Of a stretch of 64,000 nucleotides of DNA, positions 13,453-23,245 are shown piece after piece. Source of the stretch: Nitrospirota bacterium (lineage in GTDB: Bacteria; Nitrospirota; UBA9217); assembly GCA_963796285.1 (NCBI GenBank), contig CAWCKW010000012.1, positions 256,001-320,000 on the forward strand, written 5' to 3'. Made by a program: the position numbers and the translations under genes. Below the pieces are notes generated by a model that had not been told where the DNA came from, searched no databases, and was given only the letters and a program-made list of their open reading frames with translations. Within the stretch, counting starts at the first letter, position 1; each line of letters begins with the position of its first letter.

Positions 13453-14093
13453 GCATAAGAATTCTTCTTACCGATGATCACAAACTTCTGCGCGAGGGTC
13501 TGCATGCATTGATCGAAGAACAGCCGGACATGACCGTTATTGCGGAGGCAGAAGACGGAAGATCCACTGTGCAGCTTGCCGCAAAGCTGAAGCCCGATAT
13601 CATTGTGATGGACATCTCCATGCCTGGCATGAATGGAATGGAAGCCACCCGCCAAATCCTGTCCAAAAACCCCGGCATCAAGGTGCTTGCACTTTCAATG
13701 CATACTGACAGGCGGTTCATTGTAGAGATGCTCAGTGCGGGTGCCTCCGGTTATCTCTTGAAAGATTGCGCTTTTGAGGAATTGATCTGCGCCCTGCACG
13801 CCCTGGCCGATCAGAGAACGTATCTCAGCCCGAAGATCTGCGATCTGGTGGTCAAAGATTATGCTTGCCGCAACTCAAAATCGACGTTATCGTCCTCTGT
13901 TCTGTCGGCAAGAGAGCGTGAAGTGCTGCAGCTTCTGGCCGAGGGCAAATCCACCCGGAAAATTGCATCCATCCTCCATGTAGGCATGAAGACCGTTGAA
14001 ACCTACCGCCAACAAATCATGGAGAAGCTCGACATCCACACCATCGCAGAACTTACCAAGTTTGCCATCCGCGAAGGTCTCACCTCCCTGTAA
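13449..14093 (+). CDS. NarL/LuxR-family response regulator
   Basis: REC (DDH, VMDISMP, K) plus HTH LSAREREVLQLLAEGKSTRKIA...TVETYRQQIMEKL. Confidence 0.95.
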   Translation: MSIRILLTDDHKLLREGLHALIEEQPDMTVIAEAEDGRSTVQLAAKLKPDIIVMDISMPGMNGMEATRQILSKNPGIKVLALSMHTDRRFIVEMLSAGASGYLLKDCAFEELICALHALADQRTYLSPKICDLVVKDYACRNSKSTLSSSVLSAREREVLQLLAEGKSTRKIASILHVGMKTVETYRQQIMEKLDIHTIAELTKFAIREGLTSL

Positions 14094-14171
14094 AGAAGGG
14101 GCGTATCGGCATACGGTCCCTGCACCCCCGGCATCCATTATCCATCGGCTATCAGGAAAAACGAGGCTGAA

Positions 14172-14217
14172 AATCAGGGAATCCCTGATTGTTATTTTCC
14201 GTATTCTCTGCTATTAA
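14172..14217 (+). promoter_or_regulatory. Palindromic operator plus extended -10
   Basis: AATCAGGGA-A-TCCCTGATT (perfect 9-1-9) at 14172-14190; TGCTATTAA at 14209-14217. Confidence 0.55.
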
Positions 14218-14355
14218 ACTTAAAAGGCAGTTGGCTGAAAATTTGCCCCATGAGAGATGATTACGCTCTAACGGGGTAAACGCAGATAACCGTCGATAAA
14301 GCATAGTGAATAGCTCATTTCAGAGAGTAATCCTTTTAAATGGAGCGAGGAGAAT

Positions 14356-15375
14356 ATGGCAGCGGAAAATGCGGATAATAAGGACATGATGCGCGGAGAC
14401 CCATGGCTGTTCACAACGCTTAGCGAAACTGTGGGCGAAGGTGTGACCCTGAGCGACAGGACAGGCCGGTTCGCTTTGTATAACTCGAATATGAGAAAAA
14501 TAACCGGATATACCGATGCAGAGACCGGCACGTTGAATGAGTATTTGGTGCTGTTGTTTCAAGATTCTGCCGGAAGTGAGAGAGCGATGTCGGAAGTCCA
14601 TGAAATATTTCACAGAGAATGCCGCGACAGAGAGACCGTGATCCGTGCTAAAGACGGAAATTCAAAAACCGTACTTGTATCCACATCGCCTGTGGAGTAT
14701 CAGGGCGTGCATTTTCTGTTACATTCCTACCGTGACATTACCTGCAGCAAGACTGTGGAGGAAAAGCTCCTTATGGCCGAAAAACGGTATCGCGTGCTTT
14801 GTGAACAATCATTTGACGCCCTTGTGATCATCGATCCGGTAACGTTTCTTCCGATCGATTTCAACGACAAGGCACCGGGCCTTTTTGGGTATACAAAAGA
14901 AGAGTTCACCCGCATAAAATTTGATACGTTAGAAGTTCGCGGAATTTTTAGAAATAAAAGATCTCTCAATAAGCCGAAGCCTGCTGAAGAAGGGGACAAT
15001 TTTGAAACCGAAGTTCGTACGAAAAACGCGGGATTAAAGAATGTCAAAGTAAGCATGCGGATCGTCGAACTATCGGGAAAACGTTCATTCCAGTGCATCT
15101 TTCATGAGATTAGTGATAGTAAGAGTGAAGTGATCAAGAAGGACAAGGGAACTGTTGAATTGCACAACACACGTGCGAAAACCGTGATGTTGAAAGGCAC
15201 GATTCCCATCTGCTATGTTTGTAGAAAAATTTATGACGAAAAGGGCTTCTGGCGCCCGATGGAATCATCCACCAGCGAACGCTCGGATGTTTTGTTCAGT
15301 CACGAATTATGCCCGGTTTGCGAGGAAAGATTTTACCCGAAACACTTAAGTAAGCGTACACGCGAAGAAACGTAA
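14356..15375 (+). CDS. PAS-PAS protein with C-terminal four-cysteine domain, no kinase
   Basis: Two PAS folds followed by IPICYVCRKI...SHELCPVC. Confidence 0.8.
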   Translation: MAAENADNKDMMRGDPWLFTTLSETVGEGVTLSDRTGRFALYNSNMRKITGYTDAETGTLNEYLVLLFQDSAGSERAMSEVHEIFHRECRDRETVIRAKDGNSKTVLVSTSPVEYQGVHFLLHSYRDITCSKTVEEKLLMAEKRYRVLCEQSFDALVIIDPVTFLPIDFNDKAPGLFGYTKEEFTRIKFDTLEVRGIFRNKRSLNKPKPAEEGDNFETEVRTKNAGLKNVKVSMRIVELSGKRSFQCIFHEISDSKSEVIKKDKGTVELHNTRAKTVMLKGTIPICYVCRKIYDEKGFWRPMESSTSERSDVLFSHELCPVCEERFYPKHLSKRTREET

Positions 15376-15459
15376 GCGAGAATCGACACGGTTGATCAAC
15401 AATGAAGCAATACAGTCGGAGTCACTCAACGCGTGATGAGACAACAAAAAGGTGATGGC

Positions 15460-15903
15460 ATGAGTATCAGAGTTCTTCTTGCTGATGATCACAAGCTGTT
15501 ACGGGAGGGGCTTCGCGCTTTGATCGAAGATCAGCCGCAAATGGAAGTGATCGCGGAGGCGGAAGACGGGCTGACTGCGCTGCAGCTTGTTGGTGAATTA
15601 TCGCCCGACGTCGTCGTCATGGACATTTCCATGCCTCGAATGAACGGCATGGAAGCCACCCGTCAAATCATTTCCACGGCCCCCGGCGTTAAAGTCCTTG
15701 CACTGTCAATGCATGACGATGATCGATTTGTGGAGGAGATGCGTAACGCGGGCGCATCCGGCTATTTGTTGAAAGATTGTGCTTTTGATGAATTGATTCA
15801 TGCCATTCATGCTGTGGTCGAACAGGGAACGTACTTAAGTCCGAAGATAAACGTTCCGAGAGATTGTCAACGAGCCGCCGTCGGCAGAGATATTGTGAGG
15901 TGA
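15460..15903 (+). CDS. Receiver-only NarL-type response regulator (paralog of 13449..14093, no HTH)
   Basis: Intact REC motifs; ends shortly after TYLSPKI and the next gene starts 4 nt later. Confidence 0.85.
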   Translation: MSIRVLLADDHKLLREGLRALIEDQPQMEVIAEAEDGLTALQLVGELSPDVVVMDISMPRMNGMEATRQIISTAPGVKVLALSMHDDDRFVEEMRNAGASGYLLKDCAFDELIHAIHAVVEQGTYLSPKINVPRDCQRAAVGRDIVR

Positions 15904-15907
15904 ACAC

Positions 15908-17221
15908 ATGAAACACCCGTTGCATATACTTCACCTGGAAGAGAATGCCAAGGATGCCGAGCGTATTCGGAGAAACCTCGCAGAAGCGGAAATGGCGTGT
16001 GAGGTAACGAGGGTCGAGACGCTTAGGGATTTCGAAGCGGCCCTGGGACAGGGCGGGTTTGATCTCATCCTGACTAATTATTCCCCTCCTGCATTTGACG
16101 GACTTTCCGCGTTGAACATCGTAAAAGAGCGGCGACCGGAGATGCCCTTTATATTCGTAACGGGGTGGTTTGAAGAAGAAGCGGCCATTGAGGCCGTCAA
16201 ACAGGGGGCAACGGATTATGTGTATAAGCATCGGCTGTCCCCACGGCTCGTGTCCGCGGTTAAACGCGCGCTGGCGGAGGCGGATGAAAAAAAAGCGCGC
16301 AGAATTGCGGAAGAGGAGATGACGGAAACCGTAACGCGGTATCGGGCGCTATACGAAAAGGCCCTTCATTGCATATACGTCCATGATCTTGACGGAAACT
16401 TCCTGGACGCGAATGAAGCGGCTCTAAACCTACTGGGCTACACCAAGAACGAAGTCCTGTCCCTCAACATAATGTCCCTCATTGATAAGAACCAATTGCC
16501 CATGGTATTCAAGACGATCAATGAGATCAGGGAGCGAGGGTCGCAAAAATCCCCCAGACAGTTCAAGTTAAGAAAGAAAAACGGAGAAGATGTCTGGCTG
16601 GAAACGGATGCATGCCTTATATGCCGGAACGAAAAGCCTTACGCCATTCAGGGGATCGCCCTCGACATCACCGTACGGAAACGGTTGGAGTGGGAATTGC
16701 GTAAACTGTCGCTCATCGACAGCCTTACCGGGCTGTATAACCGGCGGGGTTTTTTCACGCATGCCGAACATCAAATGAAGATTGTCAATCGGACAAAAAA
16801 CAGGTTGACCCTGGTGTTTGCGGACGTGGATGACCTGAAGTCCATTAATGATACGCGGGGACATGGTGAGGGAGACAATGTCCTCGTGGAAACGGCAACA
16901 TTTCTGAAGACGGTATTTCGGGAATCGGACATTATCGCCCGCGTCGGCGGCGATGAATTCGTTGTTCTGGCGCTTGAGAACACCGGCACGGACGCGGCAT
17001 CGGGCTTGGTTCGCCTGACGGCAAATCTCGAAGCATTCAACTCCTCGCGGAACAGCGTCGAGCCGTTGTCGATCAGCGTGGGCTTCGCCTGCTATCAGCC
17101 AGATCAACCCTGTTCCATCGATGAGCTGCTCGCCCAGGCGGACAGGCTGATGTATAAGCAGAAGGGTGAAAAACGTCGGTACATCGTGGAGAACGGCGGA
17201 ACCGTTTACTCCGACTCATGA
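15908..17221 (+). CDS. REC-PAS-GGDEF diguanylate cyclase
   Basis: DSLTGLYNRRGF, RESD I-site, RVGGDEF; REC phospho-Asp position reads LILTNY. Confidence 0.92.
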   Translation: MKHPLHILHLEENAKDAERIRRNLAEAEMACEVTRVETLRDFEAALGQGGFDLILTNYSPPAFDGLSALNIVKERRPEMPFIFVTGWFEEEAAIEAVKQGATDYVYKHRLSPRLVSAVKRALAEADEKKARRIAEEEMTETVTRYRALYEKALHCIYVHDLDGNFLDANEAALNLLGYTKNEVLSLNIMSLIDKNQLPMVFKTINEIRERGSQKSPRQFKLRKKNGEDVWLETDACLICRNEKPYAIQGIALDITVRKRLEWELRKLSLIDSLTGLYNRRGFFTHAEHQMKIVNRTKNRLTLVFADVDDLKSINDTRGHGEGDNVLVETATFLKTVFRESDIIARVGGDEFVVLALENTGTDAASGLVRLTANLEAFNSSRNSVEPLSISVGFACYQPDQPCSIDELLAQADRLMYKQKGEKRRYIVENGGTVYSDS

Positions 17222-17397
17222 GACTGGTGATTATCATGACCTCACAATTTACAGATTGCATGCCGACAGAACGAAACTGTCGGAGGATCGGGACAAGATG
17301 ACCGGCCGGCGGATGAGGTGGATTTGCCATAATATATTTGGCGTAACTGCGGATAATCGTCGTAAATAATAATATCGCCAGGGGGGGACAGAACATC

Positions 17398-18924
17398 ATG
17401 ACGTCGGGCCCGAGAATTCTCTGCGTTGATGATAGCAAAACGATCCGCAATATCCTTGAGGAGTTTCTTGTCTCGAATGGATATGAAGTCATCCTTTCGG
17501 AGAACGGCGAGCAAGCCCTGGAAATCATCAATGCACAGAAGATCGACCTTGTGCTCCTTGATGTGATACTGCCGAAATTGAACGGTTACGAGGTATGCAA
17601 GAGGATCAAGAACGACGAGCGGCAGCGGAACATCCCTGTCGCGATAGTGACCCGTCTGACGTCGAAGGAGGAACGCATCAGGGGCATTGAAGCAGGGGCG
17701 GAGGATTTCATCAACAAACCCTTCGATCAGACGGAAATTCTCTCCCGGATCAGAATGCTTCTCAAGATGAAGAATCTCCATGACAGCCTTGATTCTGCCT
17801 ATGACACAATAACGGCCCTGACCGGGTTCGGCAAAAAGATGGTACTGTCGTTCGACCCGCTGAATTACAATATCATTTCCTCGTTCGACGTAATCGTCAA
17901 TAATATCATGCTGAAAACGCACAATTCAGCGAACAAACCGAAAATGGTCATTGTCGGTTATATCGACGAAAACAACGCATGGCAATGGCACCTGTTTGAA
18001 TCTTTTTATAAGAGCATCAACAGGATTTGGATAAAACTCGATATCCATAACTGCTTGAATCTTTCCGGAAATTCCGATACAGGCCGGTTGAAGACATTTT
18101 ATAATACGGACGATCTTAATGATGTCGACATACGTTCCCTGGTTGCAAAAATGGAACAAATTTCCGTCATGGTGTCGAATGTGGTTTGTTTCGTGGAAAA
18201 TGCGTTCTGTGTATTCGCACTCAACTATGATAAACAAGTGTCCCGCTATGAAGCCGAGGTACTGAACAGCATCGCCATGCAGAGCCTGTTTATGAAATCC
18301 CTTGCTTCCCAGGTGAAGGAAACGGAGGATTCCTTTGATTATCTCGTTCGCGCCCTCGCACGGGCGTCTGAAACAAATGATGAGGGCACGGGGAACCATG
18401 TCATGCGGGTCGGCGAATACTGTGCGGTTATTGCAAAGGAACTTAACCTCTCCGATAAATTCATCAAGAATATCCGTATTCAGGCCACTTTACACGATGT
18501 GGGTAACCTCCACGTTCGCCCTGATATCCTCAAAAAGGCCGGGAAGCTGACACCGAAGGAATATGAGGAGATGAAGAACCATACCATTTCCGGGGCAACA
18601 ATACTGGGTGACCATGTGAGGTTGTCTCTGGCAAAAAAGGTGGTGCTGTCACACCACGAGCGTTGGGACGGGAGCGGGTACCCATATGGATTGAAAGGGG
18701 AACAGATACCGATCGAGGCAAGGATAATGAACATCGCGGACCAGTATGATGCCCTGCGGAATGCACGGGTGTACAAACCCAGTTTTGATCATTCGAGGAC
18801 ATATGCCATCCTCACCGAGGGCGACGGAAGAACCATGCCCAATCACTTCGACCCGCAGGTGCTCCACGCATTCAAGAATACGGCCTCTCAATTCGAAGAT
18901 ATTTATGAGAAAATGAGAGGGTAA
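17398..18924 (+). CDS. REC + HD-GYP c-di-GMP phosphodiesterase
   Basis: REC (VDDS, LLDVILP), TGNHVMRV, LHDVG, HHERWDGSGYPYGL, IADQYDAL. Confidence 0.92.
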   Translation: MTSGPRILCVDDSKTIRNILEEFLVSNGYEVILSENGEQALEIINAQKIDLVLLDVILPKLNGYEVCKRIKNDERQRNIPVAIVTRLTSKEERIRGIEAGAEDFINKPFDQTEILSRIRMLLKMKNLHDSLDSAYDTITALTGFGKKMVLSFDPLNYNIISSFDVIVNNIMLKTHNSANKPKMVIVGYIDENNAWQWHLFESFYKSINRIWIKLDIHNCLNLSGNSDTGRLKTFYNTDDLNDVDIRSLVAKMEQISVMVSNVVCFVENAFCVFALNYDKQVSRYEAEVLNSIAMQSLFMKSLASQVKETEDSFDYLVRALARASETNDEGTGNHVMRVGEYCAVIAKELNLSDKFIKNIRIQATLHDVGNLHVRPDILKKAGKLTPKEYEEMKNHTISGATILGDHVRLSLAKKVVLSHHERWDGSGYPYGLKGEQIPIEARIMNIADQYDALRNARVYKPSFDHSRTYAILTEGDGRTMPNHFDPQVLHAFKNTASQFEDIYEKMRG

Positions 18925-19035
18925 AACGACCCCTTTATTCATCCCACGCTGAAGCGAAATACGACTGTCCTCCGCAGGGCGCTCTCTACCGCTGGTTTTT
19001 TTCTGAAAAGCAAATTCCTTCCACTCTATTTTTTC

Positions 19036-19064
19036 TTGACAATTATTTTCAATCAACGTAATCT
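19036..19064 (+). promoter_or_regulatory. sigma70-type promoter of pheS-pheT
   Basis: TTGACA-17 bp-TAATCT. Confidence 0.6.
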
Positions 19065-19076
19065 TATCCGCATCTT

Positions 19077-20645
19077 ATGGCAATACCAGACCTCATAAAA
19101 CTGCTCGAAAGTCTCCACCCGCTCGAACACAAGGTACTCCTCTCGTTTCAGCAGGGAGGGACCTTGTCTGCACCTGAACTCCTGAAAGCATCGGGCCTCG
19201 ACGAGTCCCGCCTTGACATGGCCTCAGGCTGGCTCCAGCCCAAGGGGCTTGCTCGAGGTAAAGGACGAATCCATCACCTCGCTTGTTTCACTTACCGAAA
19301 CAGGAAGGGAATACCTGGAAAAAGGCACTCCCGAGATGAGGATCATCAGCGCCCTCCGTGAAGGAAAACAGTTTACGGTCAAAGACATCATCCAGACCTG
19401 GGGTATGGACCCGTCCGAAGTGAGTTCTGCTGTTGGAGCGCTCAAAGAGGCGAAGGTCGTGCAGATCGCCCAGGGCGGCATCCTCGCTCTTGATCGCTGG
19501 GGCCGACATCTCGGTCATATGAGTTTCTGCCGGCTCTTATCAAGACCGTGGCCGGGAAGGATCAGAGTGATCTGACCTCGTTCTCCGAAGCCCAGCAGGC
19601 TGCGATCAATGCAAACTTCCACAAGCGCGGAAAGTCCAAAGGTCTCTTCCGCATCAGTGAAAAGAAAAATCGCATATACACGCTTACCAGTGACGGGCAG
19701 GCATTGCTCCATCTGATCGAGGAACGCGGTGTTGTTGCCGAAGAGGCTTCAATGCTCACTCCTGAGATGCTGAAGCAGGGTACCTGGAAGAACAAAAAGT
19801 TCCGCGCTTACAATATCGCGCTCAACCCCCCGCGCCAGAGCATCGGCAGGAAGCATCCCTACAAAGAGTTCCTCGATTTCGTGAAATACAAGTTCGTCGG
19901 CATGGGGTTCGAGGAGATGCGCGGGCCGCTCGTGGAGAACGAGTTCTGGGACATGGACGCATTGTACATGCCGCAGTTCCATCCGGCACGGAACATTCAC
20001 GATGTATATTTCGTAAAAGAACCCGCGGTGTGCAGGGAGATCGAGTCCCCGTTTGGAAAGAACGTGGCCGCGGCACACAAGGACGGCGGCAAGACCGGGT
20101 CGACCGGCTGGCGTTATCCGTTTGATATCGAACGCGCAAAGCGGCTGATCCTCCGCAGCCAGGGGACGGCCGTATCGGCGCGCACGCTTGCATCGGGACC
20201 GAAGGTCCCGGGGAAATACTTTTCCATCGCGCGCTGTTTCCGGTATGACTCGGTTGATGCCACTCATGCGCCTGACTTCTACCAGGTGGAGGGCATTGTG
20301 CTCGGCGAGGACATCAATTTCAGGGCGCTGCTCGGGCTCCTGCAGCTCTTTGGGCAGGAGATCGCCAAGGCGGGGGAGTTCCAGTTCAGGCCGGCCTATT
20401 TCCCGTTCACCGAGCCTTCGGTGGAACTGCACGTGAAGCACCCCGAACTCGGCTGGATGGAACTCGGCGGGGCGGGCATCTTCAGACCCGAGGTCACCAA
20501 GCCGCTTGGCGTGGATGTACCGGTGATCGCCTGGGGCCTCGGCCTCGACCGCATGGCCATGGTGGCGCTCGGGATCAGGGATATCCGCGATCTGTTCTCG
20601 AGGGACCTGGATTTCATAAGAACGAAAAAAATACAATTGGGATGA
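19077..20645 (+). CDS. pheS: Phenylalanine--tRNA ligase alpha subunit, archaeal/spirochaete long type (frameshifted)
   Basis: GRKHPY, FWDMDALYMPQFHPAR, CFRYDSVDATH, YFPFTEPS, WGLGLDR; ~230-aa N-terminal extension over three frames. Confidence 0.92.
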
Positions 20646-20648
20646 TAT

Positions 20649-20743
20649 ACCACGGATACACACGGATAAGCACGGATACAGGAATCAGAAAATATGGTGT
20701 TAAGAATCCTTCTGATCCATGACCATCCGTGATCATCCGTGGT
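20649..20743. repeat. Intergenic inverted array of 10-bp repeats
   Basis: (cacggatann)x3 faced by atccatg/atccgtg/atccgtggt between pheS and pheT. Confidence 0.8.
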
Positions 20744-20761
20744 TAACAATGTATTTAAACT

Positions 20762-22466
20762 ATGCCTACAATCGACATAAAAAAACGCGACCTCGACACC
20801 CTCATCGGGAAAAAGCTCTCTATTGCCGTCCTTGAGAAGAAGCTGATGCTCGCCAAGGCTGAACTGAAGGAGTACAACGCGGAGACCGACGAACTCAAGG
20901 TCGAGCTGTCGGACAGCAACCGGCCGGACCTCTGGTCCGCAGAAGGTATTGCGCGCCAGATCCGCATCGCATTGTCCGGCAAGCCTGAAACCTATCCCTT
21001 TTTCAAGCATGGCGGAAAGGCCAACGAGGGAGATCAGGGTCGCGAAGGGAATGAGATCCGTGAGGCCGTTCATCGCGGCCTGCACCGCGAGCGGCATCCG
21101 TATGAACGACGACGTGCTGGCGCAGATGATCCAGAGCCAGGACAAACTCTCGGAGATCTTCGGCAGGAAGCGGACCACGGTATCGATCGGCATCTATGAG
21201 CTCGACCGCATCGCATTTCCGGTGGACTACCGGCTCGCGGAGCCGTCCTCTCTGTCGTTCATCCCCCTCGGCATGGATGAGAGGCTTACGCTCGCCGGTA
21301 TCCTCGAACGCCATCCCAAGGGCATTGCCTACGGTGGTATCGTCAAGCCCTTCCCGCAGTATCCGGTGCTGACAGACAGCATGGGCCGCGTTCTCTCATT
21401 TCCTCCGATCATCAACAGCAGGGAGATCGGCGAGGTGAAGCCGAATACAAAAAATGTTCTGATCGAGGTGACGGGCACAGACCTGCGGATGACGGTGCTC
21501 ACGCTCAATATCCTTGCAACGAGCTTTTACGACCGGGGCGCGGACATCGAGCCGGTGCTGGTGACCTATCCGTATGAAACCGGGACTCGGGAAGCGCGTT
21601 ACCTTCCCCTCTGACACGTCCGGAACGTTCACGGTCCCCCTTGCTAAATTCTCAGCCGGCCTCGGTGAGGATGTTTCGTCCGCGGACGTGAAAAAACGGC
21701 TCAGTTCCTACGGCCACATCGTGAGCGCCGGACGCGGAACGCTTTCCGTACATGTGCCGCCGTATCGCGACGACATCATGCACCCCATGGACCTGGTTGA
21801 AGACTATGCCATCAGTCAGGGGTTACGATTCCTTCGAGCCGGTCATGCCGCGGCAATCGACGGTCGGATCTATTTCCCGGATCGAATTATTGTCCGATAT
21901 TGTGCGCGGCCACATGGTCGGCTCGGGTTTTCAGGAGATCATGTCGAATATTCTTTGTTCGCGGGAAGAGCTTGAATACGCCATGCCGGAGGGAGAGAAA
22001 CTGGTCGAGGTGGACAACGTGATGTCGCTTGCCTACTCCGTACTCAGGAACCGGGTTATCCCGTCACTCATGAACGTTGAAGCGGCCAGCTCAAAGGCCT
22101 TCTATCCCGCACCGGACGTTCGAGGTTGGCGAAGTCGCTGTGTTCGATAAGAAGGAGAACATGGGCTCACGCACTGACCTGAACCTGGGTGCGATCATTT
22201 CTCACCCGGCCGCCAATTTCTCGGAAATGCATTCAACGCTCGATATTTTGCTGTACTACCTCGGACTGGAATATAAACTGGAGCCATCGGAACATCCGCT
22301 CTTCATACCGGGCCGCTGCGGACGGGTGGTCACAGATGGTATTGAATTGGGTCTTATCGGGGAAGTTCGGCCCGACGTCCTCGAACTCACACAGATCACC
22401 ATGCCTTGCGCGGCCTTCGAGATCAGCCTGAACAGGGTATTGAATGCTGTGCCTGCCGGCCGCTGA
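20762..22466 (+). CDS. pheT: Phenylalanine--tRNA ligase beta subunit, short archaeal/eukaryotic type (frameshifted)
   Basis: MPTID...NRPDLWSAEGIAR, LSFPPIINS, PPYRDDIMHPMDLVEDYAI, FIPGRCG; ~560 aa with no OB-fold or ferredoxin-fold anticodon domain. Confidence 0.9.
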
Positions 22467-22503
22467 CACGGTCAGCCCCATACCATCCGCAGGAGGGATC
22501 ACC

Positions 22504-22941
22504 ATGCTGAAAAAAACGGGTTTCATTTCTGTCACGGTAATGGTCACATCATTGTGCCTGTCCTCAGCTCTTCTTGCGGAGCCGAACATGCAAGAAGGCA
22601 TGTGGGAGATCAAAGGAGAAATGAAGATCGAAGGAATGCCGTTTCCCATGCCACCGGTCCCCATGGCCTACACGCAATGTCTTACCAAAAAGGACATGGT
22701 CCCTCAGAAGAAGGAGAAGGACCAGGAATGCAAGACCATCAAGAATGAGATCGCTGGTAATACAGTGACCTGGGACATGCAGTGCAAGGACAAGAACGGT
22801 ATTACGGACAGTACGGGGAAGATAACATATAAAGGCAACAGTTTCGTCGGCACAGTCCATACGGTAATGAAGGACACGGAGGGGTCAAAATCGGAATCTA
22901 CCCTGGAAATGTCCGGAAAACGTACCGGCGACTGCAAGTAG
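22504..22941 (+). CDS. Secreted DUF3617-like protein
   Basis: Signal peptide, MQEGMWEI, TQCLT, WDMQC, GKRTGDCK. Confidence 0.8.
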   Translation: MLKKTGFISVTVMVTSLCLSSALLAEPNMQEGMWEIKGEMKIEGMPFPMPPVPMAYTQCLTKKDMVPQKKEKDQECKTIKNEIAGNTVTWDMQCKDKNGITDSTGKITYKGNSFVGTVHTVMKDTEGSKSESTLEMSGKRTGDCK

Positions 22942-22983
22942 AATTAGTTTCAATGATTGCACATGATGATTAGGATACGCATA

Positions 22984-23017
22984 ATGCTTCCCCGCGCGAG
23001 GGTGGGGCATTTTTTTT
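22984..23017 (+). terminator. Probable intrinsic terminator
   Basis: atgcttcccc...ggtggggcat hairpin followed by a T-run. Confidence 0.55.
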
Positions 23018-23062
23018 GTTGTAAAGCCGGGAGAATGAGGACAATCGCTGCCGGGAAAAGGC

Positions 23063-23091
23063 TTGACAGTGCAGGTAGGTTGGTGTAATAT
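23063..23091 (+). promoter_or_regulatory. sigma70-type promoter of the lipid cluster
   Basis: TTGACA-17 bp-TAATAT. Confidence 0.65.
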
Positions 23092-23245
23092 TTCTAACTT
23101 TCTGTGATTACCTGAAAATACCTGAAATATTAAATGGTTATAGTGTTTGTTTTCAGCGGTTAAGCGAGGCTTTCGGGATTATTTTTGGTCATTGATAATC
23201 AATAATCATCAAGGACTTTCGGCTACCGGAATACGGTTGAATATC

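Noticed and set aside
19077-22466. pheS/pheT as pseudogenes or programmed frameshifts
   Set aside because: Essential genes with intact motifs; indels are scattered with no shared slippery signal
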